Shown: in pieces, positions 50,654 through 60,395 of the stretch
Layout: the number at the start of each line of letters is the position of its first letter
How positions within the stretch are numbered: position 1 is the stretch's first letter
Notes under the pieces: model-generated
Database searches by the model: none
What the model saw: only the letters and a program-made list of their open reading frames with translations
What the model was told of the DNA's origin: nothing
Source: a virus
DNA: 63,820 bases
IMG/VR virus record: IMGVR_UViG_3300034760_000013
Location: 1 to 63,820 of that record
Strand: one strand, 5' to 3'
Translations under genes and position numbers: made by a program

Positions 50654-50833
50654 ATGCCGAGAAGCTCAAGGGTTCGCACGACCAGCCGTAACTTCGGCTC
50701 GATCGTTCGCCTCACCGATCCCGACTATGACCGCGAGCGCCGTGTCGCCGTGGAATACGATTTCCGCCCGCAAGGTGGCCGCCTGTTCACGGGCGACCCT
50801 GCCAAGCGTGGCGTCTACGCGCCGGAGGGTTAA
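50654..50833 (+). CDS. Small basic protein (59 aa, below the ORF-track cutoff)
   Basis: GAGG 7 nt upstream. Abuts the next gene's GTG start. Confidence 0.4.
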   Translation: MPRSSRVRTTSRNFGSIVRLTDPDYDRERRVAVEYDFRPQGGRLFTGDPAKRGVYAPEG

Positions 50834-51277
50834 GTGCCCATCGGAACCCCCCTCTGGCGAGCTGACACCAGCTCGGACAACACGCTTGAAGAGCAGCAGC
50901 AGGCCGTCCGTGACATCACGATCGCCAAGCGCATCGGCGAGCACCTCGATAGCCACTACCCGAGCCACAAGTTCAGGGTCGATGTCGACAGCCCCCAGGG
51001 CATCGCCAAGATCAGCCACCCCCTCCTGCCGAAGCGCTGGTTCTATGTGATCAAGCTCTCCGAGCTGTTCATGGATCCCGGCCTCAAGTGCGTCATGCGC
51101 GCCGGCGGCGAGCTGCTCGATCGCTTCAACATGCCCCGCGGCCGCTTCAATCGCGACCTGTGGCGCGAGGCCAGCACCGTCACCTACGCCAACCTCAAGC
51201 ACGGCATCTTCGAGCTCGAGTACAACGCCAAGACCGGCCAGGTGCGAAAGGTCATCCCCGATGCTCTCGCAGTCTAA
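50834..51277 (+). CDS. Hypothetical head-module protein
   Basis: 147-aa ORF with a GTG start. Confidence 0.55.
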   Translation: MPIGTPLWRADTSSDNTLEEQQQAVRDITIAKRIGEHLDSHYPSHKFRVDVDSPQGIAKISHPLLPKRWFYVIKLSELFMDPGLKCVMRAGGELLDRFNMPRGRFNRDLWREASTVTYANLKHGIFELEYNAKTGQVRKVIPDALAV

Positions 51278-51422
51278 GGTCGAGGCCGTTCCGAGCATGC
51301 AAGGCGGCACCATCGTCCGCGTGGTCAACCACGTCGGCGACACCGTCTATGCGCTGCGCTGCTTCACGGAAGAGGAAGCCGCAGCCGCGCTGAAGCACCT
51401 CTATCTGCTGGGCGCCCGCTGA
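51261..51422 (+). CDS. Small protein (53 aa, below the ORF-track cutoff)
   Basis: Manual translation gives MLSQSKVEAVPSMQGGTIVRVVNHVGDTVYALRCFTEEEAAAALKHLYLLGAR. Its TGATG overlaps the portal start. Confidence 0.4.
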   Translation: MLSQSKVEAVPSMQGGTIVRVVNHVGDTVYALRCFTEEEAAAALKHLYLLGAR

Positions 51423-53989
51423 TGGCGCTTGGCAACCCAACCGAACAGCCCCGTGATCCTGACGCCCTGGCGTTCGCAGGAGCGAGCGGCTCACGCGCGG
51501 CACGCTCCGGCCTCCCGTCATCGGAGACCGATCCGCTCGACCAAGAGGGCAAGGTCAACCCGACGACCCTGATGGCGCTTGCCCGCGCCGCGGTGAACCA
51601 TGCCGAGGATTCAGGTGGTCTGAGCAAGGCCCGCCAGGCCATGGTCCGCTCCTATCGGAGCTACAACAACCAGCACAACGAGGGCTCGAAGTACAAGCAC
51701 AAGAACTACTCGGCGCGTTCAAAAATGTTCGTGCCGAAGACCCGCATGGCCGTGAAGAAGGCCAAGGTGGCCGCGGCCGTCGCCCTGTTCTCCACCGCCG
51801 ACGTCATCTCAATCGAGCCAGGGAACGATAGCGACGACGCGCAGCGCATCAGCGCCGACGTCAACCGCGAGCTCATCAAATACCGCCTCGACAGCGCCAA
51901 CCACCGGGCCGGCGTCAACTGGTATCCGATCTCGATGTCTGCCGTGGAAGACGCCAACGTGGCGGGCATCTGCGTCTCCAAGCAGTACTGGGAATATGAA
52001 GAAGTCGTCGACGAGTTTGAGAACGATGACCCGAACGTGATCGACATGGAGGGTAACCCCCTCCCGACCGTCAAGAAGCCCCGCATCCTGCGTGATCGGC
52101 CGGCGATCGACCTGATCCCGCCGGAGAACGTCATCTGCGATATGTCGGCGCCGTTCTACGACGTCGTCCAGGGCGGCCTGTGCTGGATCGTCAAATACGG
52201 CCTGCCGGTCGGCTACATCAAAACCATGATGAAGAAGGGCCACCAGCGTCTCGGTGGTGGTGCCTGGTATGAGCTGACGGACGAGGTCATCCAGCAGGCG
52301 GTCAACGACCACTCTGGCGCCAGCGTGCGCTCTGCGCGCGGCCAGGGCTCCGACCGCATGTCGAAGACCAACACGCCCCACTTCACCGACTTCGACATCG
52401 TCTGGGTCCACGAGAATTTCGTGCGCCACACCGATGGCCGCGACTACCATTTCTGGTCGCTTGGCACGCGCAAGCTGCTCTCTGAGCCGCGCGAGACCAT
52501 CGAGAGCTACCCAGGCCACAAGGGCGATCGCCCCTACGTCATGGGCGTCGCCGAGATCGAGGCCCACAACGTCATCCCGATGTCGCCCGTCGAGTCCTGG
52601 CGCTCGCTGCAGGACGAGATCAACGACTTCCGCAACCTGACGCTCGACACCATGAAGCAGTCGGTCTCCCCGACTGTGATCGTCACCCGGGGCGCCCAGG
52701 TCGACATGCGCCAGGTGCGCGAGCGCGGACCAGACAGCACCATCCTGGTCAACGACCTCGAGAAGGACATCCGGTTCCAGGAGAACCCTGGTCCCAACGG
52801 CCAAGTCTTCAACGTCGCCGACAGGATCTCGGTCGAGTTCGACGACGCCGCCGGCGGCTTCTCCCAGTCCTCGGTCGGCAGCAACCGCAATCTGAACGAG
52901 ACCGTCGGGGGCATGCAGCTCCTGTCGAGCTCGGCCAACTCTGTCGCCGAGTTCAACCTCCGCACCTGGGTCGAGACCTGGGTCGAGCCCGTCATCCGCC
53001 AGCTCGTCTGGCTGGAGCAGCACTACGAGAGCGACGAGACCATTCTCGCCATCGCCGGTGAGAAGGCCGGTGTTTTCCAGAAGCACGGCCAGGACGTCGA
53101 CATCCTCGAGCTCCTCGACCGCGACGTCACGGTGCGCATCAACGTCGGCATCGGCGCCGCAGACCCGAACATGCGCCTGGACCGCTTTGGTCGCGGCATC
53201 GGCCTGCTAGGCCAGATGGCCGAGAGCGGCATGTTTGGCGAGCAGGTCACGCCCAAGGCTGAGCCGATCTTCGACGAAGTGCTCGGGCTCACTGGCTACA
53301 AGAGCGCATCGCGCTTTTTCACCTTCAAGACGATCGAGGAAATCGAGCAGGCCGCCGCCGAGGCGCCTGAACAGCCGGATCCCGCCATCGAGCTGCAGAA
53401 GCAGCAGATGGAGCAGCAGGCGGCACAAGAGCAGCAGAAGATGCAGCTCGAGGCCGACAAGATGGGCATGGAAAAGGAGAAGGCGCAGCTCGAGGCCGAG
53501 ATGAAGCGCGGCGAGAGCGAGCTGAAGAAGGCCGAGCTTGCGCTGCGTATCCAGGAGCTGAAAGCCAACATGGCGGCCAAGGACCGCGAGATCGGTCTCA
53601 TGGAGCAGGAGGTGGGCTTCAAGGGCCAGGATCTCGCACTACGCGGCCAGGCCCAGGAGAAGGATTACGGCCTACGCGAGAAGGAGTTTGAGCGCGCCGG
53701 CTCGTCCGGCGAACGCGAATACCAGCTCAAGGCCGCTGGCCAGAACAAGAAGATCATCGACGAGCGCACCGCCGCAGAGGTGGCGCCAGGCCCAACGCCG
53801 CTTGAGCAGATGATGCAGACCATGGCCCAGCAGACTGCGGCCATCCTCGCCTCGATGCAGCAACAGAACCAGGCGACTGCCGCGCAGAACGCGCAGCTCC
53901 AGGACGCCATGATCCAGCTCATGCAGCGCATGAACGCCCCGAAACGTGTCGTCAGAGATGAGGCCGATCGCGTGATCGGCGTCGAATAG
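51422..53989 (+). CDS. Portal protein with long Q/E/K-rich C-terminal coiled coil
   Basis: 855 aa. Its size and position in the head module, the SARSKMFVPKTRMAVKK-type N-terminal segment seen in podovirus connectors, and a barrel-like helical tail all support the call. Confidence 0.7.
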   Translation: MALGNPTEQPRDPDALAFAGASGSRAARSGLPSSETDPLDQEGKVNPTTLMALARAAVNHAEDSGGLSKARQAMVRSYRSYNNQHNEGSKYKHKNYSARSKMFVPKTRMAVKKAKVAAAVALFSTADVISIEPGNDSDDAQRISADVNRELIKYRLDSANHRAGVNWYPISMSAVEDANVAGICVSKQYWEYEEVVDEFENDDPNVIDMEGNPLPTVKKPRILRDRPAIDLIPPENVICDMSAPFYDVVQGGLCWIVKYGLPVGYIKTMMKKGHQRLGGGAWYELTDEVIQQAVNDHSGASVRSARGQGSDRMSKTNTPHFTDFDIVWVHENFVRHTDGRDYHFWSLGTRKLLSEPRETIESYPGHKGDRPYVMGVAEIEAHNVIPMSPVESWRSLQDEINDFRNLTLDTMKQSVSPTVIVTRGAQVDMRQVRERGPDSTILVNDLEKDIRFQENPGPNGQVFNVADRISVEFDDAAGGFSQSSVGSNRNLNETVGGMQLLSSSANSVAEFNLRTWVETWVEPVIRQLVWLEQHYESDETILAIAGEKAGVFQKHGQDVDILELLDRDVTVRINVGIGAADPNMRLDRFGRGIGLLGQMAESGMFGEQVTPKAEPIFDEVLGLTGYKSASRFFTFKTIEEIEQAAAEAPEQPDPAIELQKQQMEQQAAQEQQKMQLEADKMGMEKEKAQLEAEMKRGESELKKAELALRIQELKANMAAKDREIGLMEQEVGFKGQDLALRGQAQEKDYGLREKEFERAGSSGEREYQLKAAGQNKKIIDERTAAEVAPGPTPLEQMMQTMAQQTAAILASMQQQNQATAAQNAQLQDAMIQLMQRMNAPKRVVRDEADRVIGVE

Positions 53990-54000
53990 GAGCCCCAAGA

Positions 54001-54447
54001 ATGTCCGCTACAAACACCCTCGAGAATGACCTGCTTCTGCTGCTGTTCAACAACACGAACATCTCCAACTCAGGCGATGCGACGGGCATCCGTGGCTCAT
54101 CCACAGCCGGCTCCTGGTTCGTGTCACTGCACACGTCAGATCCTGGCGAGGCAGGCTCGACCGCGGCCGAGGCGGCCTACACCAACTACGCCCGCGTAGC
54201 GGTAGCCCGCTCCGGCGCGGGCTGGACGGTTTCAGGGACAGCACCGACCCAGGTGGCAAATGCCGCGGTCGTCACGTTCCCGACTTGCGGCGCCACGGGC
54301 GGCGGCCCCTACACCCACTTCGGCGTTCACGACGCCATTACCGCCGGCACGATGAAGTTCAAAGGCGCGCTCGGCGCCAACTACACGGCCGCGCTTGGCA
54401 ACACGCCCCAGTTCAACGCCGGCGCACTCGTCGTCTCGGCTGATTAG
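54001..54447 (+). CDS. Virion structural protein
   Basis: 148 aa with an AGGAG RBS. Beta-rich. Confidence 0.55.
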   Translation: MSATNTLENDLLLLLFNNTNISNSGDATGIRGSSTAGSWFVSLHTSDPGEAGSTAAEAAYTNYARVAVARSGAGWTVSGTAPTQVANAAVVTFPTCGATGGGPYTHFGVHDAITAGTMKFKGALGANYTAALGNTPQFNAGALVVSAD

Positions 54448-54449
54448 CC

Positions 54450-54800
54450 ATGGCAACCCTCGCTGACCGCGTCCGCGTCGCTACGGCAACAACGGGCACC
54501 GGGACGATCACTCTCGGTGCGGCGGTTGCCGGGTTCCAAACCTTCGCCGACGGAGGCGCGCCGGATCTCGGTGTCGTCTCATACGCGATCGAGGACGGGA
54601 CGGCGTGGGAAGTCGGGCGCGGCACCTACACGGCAAGCGGCACGACGCTAACGCGCGGGCCGCTCGCATCTTCAAACAGCAATGCCGCCATCAATCTGAG
54701 CGGTTCCGCACAGGTCTTCATAACAGCGCTGAAAACCGACCTCCGCGCCGGCGCCATGGGGCGCACTCTCGCAATCTCACACCGTCAGGGGCTGCTCTAA
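54450..54800 (+). CDS. Virion structural protein
   Basis: 116-aa ORF, tightly packed with its neighbours. Confidence 0.5.
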   Translation: MATLADRVRVATATTGTGTITLGAAVAGFQTFADGGAPDLGVVSYAIEDGTAWEVGRGTYTASGTTLTRGPLASSNSNAAINLSGSAQVFITALKTDLRAGAMGRTLAISHRQGLL

Positions 54801-55229
54801 ATGCCAGGCAACAACGATCCGATCTTCAGCCGCGTCGGTGACGTCCAGTGGATCAACTCGATCACAGCGGCCCATAACACGATCAACCTCACGGCAGGCA
54901 CGTCCTACCTGGTCTTCACGGCTGATGCGACTAACGGCGGGTTTGTAGCGGCCATTCGGTTTCGCGCCGAGCCCGCAGCCTCGACAGTCGCCACCGTCGT
55001 CAGGGTCTGGATCAACAACGGCTCCACGCTCGCCACGGCCGCAAACTCGGTTCTCTTCGGCGAGGCGACATTTACGGCGACAACCGCCTCTGCTGTGGCT
55101 GCGACCAACGAGATCTCGATCCCGATCAACCTGGCTCTTCCGCCCGGCTACCGGATCTACATCACGGTCGGCACAGCTCCTGGCGGCTCGGGCGCCTTCT
55201 CAGCAATAGCCGTTGGAGGGAAGTACTGA
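54801..55229 (+). CDS. Virion structural protein
   Basis: 142-aa ORF, beta-rich. Confidence 0.5.
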   Translation: MPGNNDPIFSRVGDVQWINSITAAHNTINLTAGTSYLVFTADATNGGFVAAIRFRAEPAASTVATVVRVWINNGSTLATAANSVLFGEATFTATTASAVAATNEISIPINLALPPGYRIYITVGTAPGGSGAFSAIAVGGKY

Positions 55230-55573
55230 TGCCCAAAATCGTCGTCGGCCAGAACGGCCTTGTCACCAACGTCATGTCCGCTCCTGCCCCGGACCCGAGC
55301 ACGATTTACGAATGGCTCGTCCCTGACAGCCAGGTCGTCAACGTGGGCGATCCGTTCGATCCCAAAGACGCGCAGATCGACGGCGTCGACACGGCGGTGT
55401 TCCAGGTGCTGTATCGGCATGAGACCCAAATCCGGCAATTGATCCGCGCTTTGCGGGCAACGAGCACTGCTGCGAACAACGCGGCGGCGACAGCCGGCCT
55501 GCCGACGGCGGCGGCCTCGGCCGACCTCACGTCGGCCCAGGCGAGGGCAGCGTTCAAGGCGCTGATCCCCTAA
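55229..55573 (+). CDS. Virion structural protein
   Basis: 114-aa ORF with TGATG coupling. Confidence 0.5.
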   Translation: MPKIVVGQNGLVTNVMSAPAPDPSTIYEWLVPDSQVVNVGDPFDPKDAQIDGVDTAVFQVLYRHETQIRQLIRALRATSTAANNAAATAGLPTAAASADLTSAQARAAFKALIP

Positions 55574-56469
55574 TGCTTGACGTTTTCAACCTCGACGTCA
55601 CTGACCCGCACGTTCAGATCTTCACCCAGACGGACTGGGAGATTTGGCGTAAGCCCAGGGGCGTTTCCTTTGTCTACATGTTCGTCGTTGGCGCGGGTCA
55701 AGGCGGCGCGGGCGGCTTTGCGGCGGCAGCAGCAACGCAGCGCGGCGGCGGCGGTGGTGGCGCTGGAGGCGTGCTTACCCGCGTCATCTATCCAGCGGTG
55801 CTTATTCCTGACGTGCTGTACGTTCAGGCGGGAACAGGTGGGACAGGTGGTGCAAGCGGAGCATCTGGCGGCACTGGGTCATCCTCTTACGTCGCCATGG
55901 CACCGAACAACACCAGCACTAACCAGCTGGCGCAGGGGACATCCTCACAGACCCCCCCGACCACGGGAACAGTCGCGGCAGGCGGAACGGCAGGCGCGCA
56001 ACCAAGTGCCACCGGGGCCACCCAAATCCCCTGGGCGACACTCGGAACCTGGACCTCTTCTTTACCTACGGTCGCTGCCAGTGGCGCGGCTACAGGAGCG
56101 GGGGCGGCTGCTGCGTCCCTTGTCCTCGGCGTAACGACAGGCGGCGCAGGTGGCGGCGGTGTCACAAGCGGAAACGTGGCGGGGGCAGGCGGCGCGACCA
56201 CTGTCACAGGCGTGTTCCCTCCTCAAGGCCAAGCGGGCGGCGCAGGCGCGAATGCGGCAGCAGGTAGCCCCGGAGAGCAGGGCATGGTTTTCTGGCGTCC
56301 TGCGTTTTTCTCGCTGGGAGGAACGGGTGGCGGCGCTTCCGGCACGGCAACGGGCGGCGCTGGCGGCAATGGCGGCCTGGGGAGCGGCGGCGGCGGTGGT
56401 GGAGCTGGCGTAACGGGTGGCGCTGGCGGTCGCGGCGGCGACGGTTTCATTATGATCGTCTGCAGGTAA
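55573..56469 (+). CDS. Glycine-rich domain protein (fibre/appendage)
   Basis: 298 aa with long GGxGG tracts. The N-terminus FTQTDWEIWRKPRGVSFVYMFVVGAGQGG is typical of phage glycine-rich-domain proteins. Confidence 0.6.
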   Translation: MLDVFNLDVTDPHVQIFTQTDWEIWRKPRGVSFVYMFVVGAGQGGAGGFAAAAATQRGGGGGGAGGVLTRVIYPAVLIPDVLYVQAGTGGTGGASGASGGTGSSSYVAMAPNNTSTNQLAQGTSSQTPPTTGTVAAGGTAGAQPSATGATQIPWATLGTWTSSLPTVAASGAATGAGAAAASLVLGVTTGGAGGGGVTSGNVAGAGGATTVTGVFPPQGQAGGAGANAAAGSPGEQGMVFWRPAFFSLGGTGGGASGTATGGAGGNGGLGSGGGGGGAGVTGGAGGRGGDGFIMIVCR

Positions 56470-56473
56470 GCAG

Positions 56474-57727
56474 ATGCTTGGCTTCTGGCCATTAGGCGGT
56501 GCCCCACTAGCCGGAACGCGACCTGCGGCAGGCGGTGTCGAGGCAATAACCGGAGCCTCCACGCTCACATTCGCGGCTTCCGGCACGCTCGGCGGTCAGG
56601 GAGAGCTGACGGCCACGGCCGCGGTCACGTTCTCGGTCAACGGCACGCTTGTCGGCACGGCCGCCCTCTCCGGGTCATCGTCGCTAACCTTCGCTCCAAG
56701 CGGCACACTGACTGGGGGCGGGTCGCTCACCGGAACGTCGTCGCTCACCTTTGCCACGTCAGGCACACTGACCGGCGGCGCAGCCGTCAGCGGCTCGTCG
56801 CCGTTTGCCTTTACCGCAACTGGTTCCCTCACAGGCGTCGGTGCCCTATCCGGAACCAGCAGCCTAGCATTCAGCCCCACAGGATCACTCCAGGGGGCTG
56901 GCGCACTTTCCGGCTCGTCCAGTCTGGACTTCACCACCACGGGCGCCCTGGGTGGTTCTGGTGCGCTTTCCGGGGCATCCAGCCTTAGCTTCAGCCCGAC
57001 GGGCGCGCTGACGGGCTCCGGCGCGTTGGCTGGCACCTCGTCCCTGACCTTCGCCACGACCGGCACGCTTTCCGAAGCGCTGGTGGAGGGCGAGCTGTCC
57101 GGCAGCTCATCGCTGTCGCTCGCTCCGGCGGGCACCTTGTCTGGCGTCGGTGCCCTGACCGGCACCTCGTCCCTCACCTTCGCAGCGGAGGGCACGCTTT
57201 CCGAAGCTCCAGCTTCGCCGCCGCTAACGGGCACGTCCAGCCTGACCTTTACGGTCACCGGCACACTCGACCAGCCTGCGGCAGCAGTCGCTGCTGGCGG
57301 TGGTGGCGCAGCCAAGAAGAAGGCCACCAGGAAGAAGCCGGAGGCGATCCGCAGCTTTGCCGAGCTCGAGCAGCTCCGCGAGAAGACCACGGAGAAGCGC
57401 CGCGAGGTCGTCGATCGCGTGCTAGGCCGCGAAAGCGTAACAAGCGAAACAAGCGCAACATCGGCCCAAAACGCGCCAAAACAGGCCGAGAATCACGAAA
57501 TACTGGCACGCGGCGAAACTGTCCCAGGTGCCCCACCTGTCCCAGCTTCTGCAGCCACATCGAATCTGGTAGACATTCGCCAGGTGCTCGCTGCAAACGC
57601 GGCTGAGCTATCCGCACTCGCGGAGCCCATCCCATCCACATCGTCTGTCCCGTCCGAAGTGCGGCCTGATCCCCAGGCCGACTACGACGAGGAAGCGGCT
57701 ATCATGGCGCTCTTGCTGGCGGCTTGA
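56474..57727 (+). CDS. Structural protein with 12 tandem 20-residue repeats
   Basis: Repeat unit (S/T)G(T/S)SSLTFA.SGTLTG.GAL occurs 12 times. Basic/charged C-terminal region. Confidence 0.65.
   Translation: MLGFWPLGGAPLAGTRPAAGGVEAITGASTLTFAASGTLGGQGELTATAAVTFSVNGTLVGTAALSGSSSLTFAPSGTLTGGGSLTGTSSLTFATSGTLTGGAAVSGSSPFAFTATGSLTGVGALSGTSSLAFSPTGSLQGAGALSGSSSLDFTTTGALGGSGALSGASSLSFSPTGALTGSGALAGTSSLTFATTGTLSEALVEGELSGSSSLSLAPAGTLSGVGALTGTSSLTFAAEGTLSEAPASPPLTGTSSLTFTVTGTLDQPAAAVAAGGGGAAKKKATRKKPEAIRSFAELEQLREKTTEKRREVVDRVLGRESVTSETSATSAQNAPKQAENHEILARGETVPGAPPVPASAATSNLVDIRQVLAANAAELSALAEPIPSTSSVPSEVRPDPQADYDEEAAIMALLLAA
56549..57268 (+). repeat. 12 x about 60-nt (20-aa) tandem repeat inside CDS 56474..57727
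   Basis: Parsed from the translation. Two units carry 3-aa insertions. Confidence 0.85.
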
Positions 57728-58071
57728 TCTACGAGGAAGAGCCCGTCCCAGGGCCACTCGGAGATTTCGGCCGCCTAGACATGATGATCCGAGCGGTCGA
57801 GCTCGGTCACAACATCAATGGCGAGCTTGCCGGGGCAATCCCCGGCGTTCTTCGTGACTACTTCGAGGATCTGAAGCTGGAGGCGATCGACGCCTGCGCC
57901 GGCCTCGTCGTCGCTCACCCTACCGACGTCACCACCATCATGAATCTCCAGCGGAAGACGGCTGCCTACGCGCACCTCGACGCCTGGCTGAAGACAAAGC
58001 TCGGAGCCGGCCGGGCCGCCGAAGCTGAGTGGGAAGCGATCAAAGACCAACCCGGCCTTGAGGAGCAATGA
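57724..58071 (+). CDS. Hypothetical head-module protein
   Basis: 115-aa ORF. The TTG start overlaps the previous stop. Alternative ATG at about 57779. Confidence 0.45.
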   Translation: MIYEEEPVPGPLGDFGRLDMMIRAVELGHNINGELAGAIPGVLRDYFEDLKLEAIDACAGLVVAHPTDVTTIMNLQRKTAAYAHLDAWLKTKLGAGRAAEAEWEAIKDQPGLEEQ

Positions 58072-59213
58072 TTGTGTCCGGTTTCCCAGAAGAGATGGAA
58101 GCAGAAGAATACGCTGGCGCCATCGCCAACGATAACGCCGGCGAGGACGAGGCCCCACCGCTAAGCGCCCGCGACCAGGTCATTGAGTCGATCCGCGCCA
58201 AGAAGGGCCAAGCCGAGATCGAGGCCGTCAACGACAACGACGACGAGCCCCAGGCCGAGGACACCTATCAAAATGATAGGTCCGACGAGCCCGAGGACGA
58301 GGAGATCTACGAGGCCCAGGCCCCGCAGAAGCACAAGCTCCGCGTCGACCATCGGGACATCGAGGTCACCCAGCAGGAACTCGAGGCAGCGGCCCGGCAG
58401 CACTACGCGGCCGAGAACCGCCTGGCCGAGCTCAATGCCCTAAAACAGCAAACCGCTGCGCAGCTTGCAGAAATGCGGGCTTTGAAGGAGAATCTCGCAC
58501 GGGCCGAATCGTCCTCACCCCAGAGGCCGACCACCCCCAACACTGACGCCGGCCGAGAGACGCCCCCCAGAGCGCTCGGTAACCTTCGCGACATTGTCGA
58601 GAAGATCCAGCTAGGTGATGCCGACGAGGGCGCGGAAGCGCTCCAGTCTCTGCTTCAGGAAATGCGGCCCAACCAGGCCGTGAACGCTGAGCAGATTGCT
58701 GAACGTGCGCTTGCTCTGCAGGCGGAACGGCAGCAGCAACGGGAGGTCGCAGACCGCTTTGCGGAAGACCACCGGGAGATCGTCAACGATCCTCATTTGA
58801 TGAAGATCACTGTCGATCGGCTACACGAGCGGATCGTGGAGGACATGGCGGCAATCGGCGTTCAGCCGGTCCACCTTGACCAGGCCAGACGCGATTTCAA
58901 AGTCGCCACGGCCTACCACCAGGATCTCCGCAATCAGGGCTACGCCAAGCTAAGAGACCCCGCGCTCTTGGTGAAAGCGGCGGCTCTGGATGTGGAAGGC
59001 CGCTACGTCGCCCCCCGGCGGAATGAAGAGCCGCAAAGCTACCGAGAGCCCGCTGCACCGAGATATGACGACCGCCGCGCTGCAAAGCGTGAGCTGTCTG
59101 GATCCCAGCCCCGGCGAGTGAGCCAGGTGGCAAGGGCCCCAGAGCGGCCGGCCAAGGTAAGCGCCACCAGCGTGGTGGAGCAAATGCGCCGGGCCCGCGG
59201 TCATGTGAACTAG
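58068..59213 (+). CDS. Scaffolding protein candidate
   Basis: 381 aa. Acidic N-terminus and long coiled coils. Immediately upstream of the capsid gene. Confidence 0.65.
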   Translation: MIVSGFPEEMEAEEYAGAIANDNAGEDEAPPLSARDQVIESIRAKKGQAEIEAVNDNDDEPQAEDTYQNDRSDEPEDEEIYEAQAPQKHKLRVDHRDIEVTQQELEAAARQHYAAENRLAELNALKQQTAAQLAEMRALKENLARAESSSPQRPTTPNTDAGRETPPRALGNLRDIVEKIQLGDADEGAEALQSLLQEMRPNQAVNAEQIAERALALQAERQQQREVADRFAEDHREIVNDPHLMKITVDRLHERIVEDMAAIGVQPVHLDQARRDFKVATAYHQDLRNQGYAKLRDPALLVKAAALDVEGRYVAPRRNEEPQSYREPAAPRYDDRRAAKRELSGSQPRRVSQVARAPERPAKVSATSVVEQMRRARGHVN

Positions 59214-59253
59214 CGGCCTAGCCGCTACGGCTCCCAGCGAGCCGACCATCCTT

Positions 59254-59271
59254 CGTCATCGTCCCATCCCC
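59254..59271 (+). promoter_or_regulatory. Conserved late-gene upstream motif CGTCATCGTCCCATCCCC
   Basis: 17/18 identical to 62591-62608. Both copies end exactly 47 nt before the downstream ATG. Confidence 0.6.
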
Positions 59272-59317
59272 CCAAACGACGCCCGCGAGAGCTCGCGCGC
59301 GCCACAGGAGATTGACG

Positions 59318-60307
59318 ATGGCTGGACAGTTTTGGTCCCCCGCCGAAGAAGGCGGCTATATGTATTCAGACGAGCTTTCGGATGTATTGCGCACGACTTT
59401 GCAGCCGACCTGCAAGTTTCGCCAGTTCGCCGAGCCTCGCGAAGCAGATAAGCCCCTGCACAAGGGCGAGCGTTTCTACTGGAACATCTACGGCGACGCA
59501 GCCGATGCTGCTTCTGAACTGACCGAGCGTGAGCCGATCCCAGAGACGGACTTCACGATTGCTCAGTCCAGCTTGATCGTCAAGGAAGCCGGCAAGGCCG
59601 TTCCTTACACCTTCAAGCTCGAAGCAGTCGCCAAGCACGACGTGGTGAGCGTGATCAAGAACGTGCTGGGCAACAGCGCCCGCAAGTTTTTCGATGCGGA
59701 AGTTTACACGCAGTTCGATGCCACCGCCCTGCGCGTTGTCCCGACCGGCGGTAACTCCACGACCGCTCTGACGCTCGACACCGATGGCGTGACCGCGGTC
59801 ACCAACAACATCGAGCTCGGCAAAGAGCATGTGAACCTGATCGAAGACACCATGCGTGAGCGGAATATCCCGGCTTACGAGGGCTCCGATTACGTCTGCA
59901 TCTCCCGCCCGACGACCCTGCGTCCCCTGAAGGACGACCTCGAGGCGATCCACCAGTACACCGAGACCGGCCTCAAGATGATCTTCGAGGGCGAGAAGGG
60001 CAAATACGGCGGCGTCCGCTTCGTCGAGCAGACCAACATCCCCGCCGGTGGCGCGGAAGACTCGACCACGTTCAACCCGTACACCCAGGTTGGGGATGCG
60101 TGGAACAACGCCAAGTCGAGCTGGGCCTTCTTCTTCGGTGGTGACACCGTCCTAGAGTGCCTGATCATCCCGGAAGAGATCCGCGCGAAAATCCCGGAGG
60201 ACTTCGGTCGCTCCAAGGCGATCGCCTGGTATTTTTTGGGCGGCTATGGTTTGGTTCATACCGACGCCACCAACTCCAGAATTATTAAGTGGGACTCGGC
60301 TGCGTAG
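59318..60307 (+). CDS. Major capsid protein (HK97-fold, N4-gp56-like family)
   Basis: AGGAG RBS. 329 aa. Position after the scaffold. Sequence pattern typical of this capsid family. Confidence 0.75.
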   Translation: MAGQFWSPAEEGGYMYSDELSDVLRTTLQPTCKFRQFAEPREADKPLHKGERFYWNIYGDAADAASELTEREPIPETDFTIAQSSLIVKEAGKAVPYTFKLEAVAKHDVVSVIKNVLGNSARKFFDAEVYTQFDATALRVVPTGGNSTTALTLDTDGVTAVTNNIELGKEHVNLIEDTMRERNIPAYEGSDYVCISRPTTLRPLKDDLEAIHQYTETGLKMIFEGEKGKYGGVRFVEQTNIPAGGAEDSTTFNPYTQVGDAWNNAKSSWAFFFGGDTVLECLIIPEEIRAKIPEDFGRSKAIAWYFLGGYGLVHTDATNSRIIKWDSAA

Positions 60308-60395
60308 GCAGTCTGTGTAGCGATTGAGATGGCTCTGGTCGGTCAGGAGTTAGCGATGTATCCTCGGAAGGTCAACGCCCTCCTTGGAGATCGCC

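Noticed and set aside
51809-53086. 425-aa minus-strand ORF opposite the portal gene
   Set aside because: Shadow ORF with Val/Asp/Leu/Arg-rich composition and no start context. The plus-strand ORF is longer and fits the head-module synteny.
55573-56469. Collagen-like interpretation of the Gly-rich protein
   Set aside because: The glycines occur as GG/GGxGG runs without a sustained G-X-Y triplet periodicity.
56596-57390. 264-aa minus-strand ORF opposite the 20-aa-repeat protein
   Set aside because: It is generated by the periodic repeat itself. The plus-strand frame continues into a non-repetitive, coding-like C-terminus and fits the operon.
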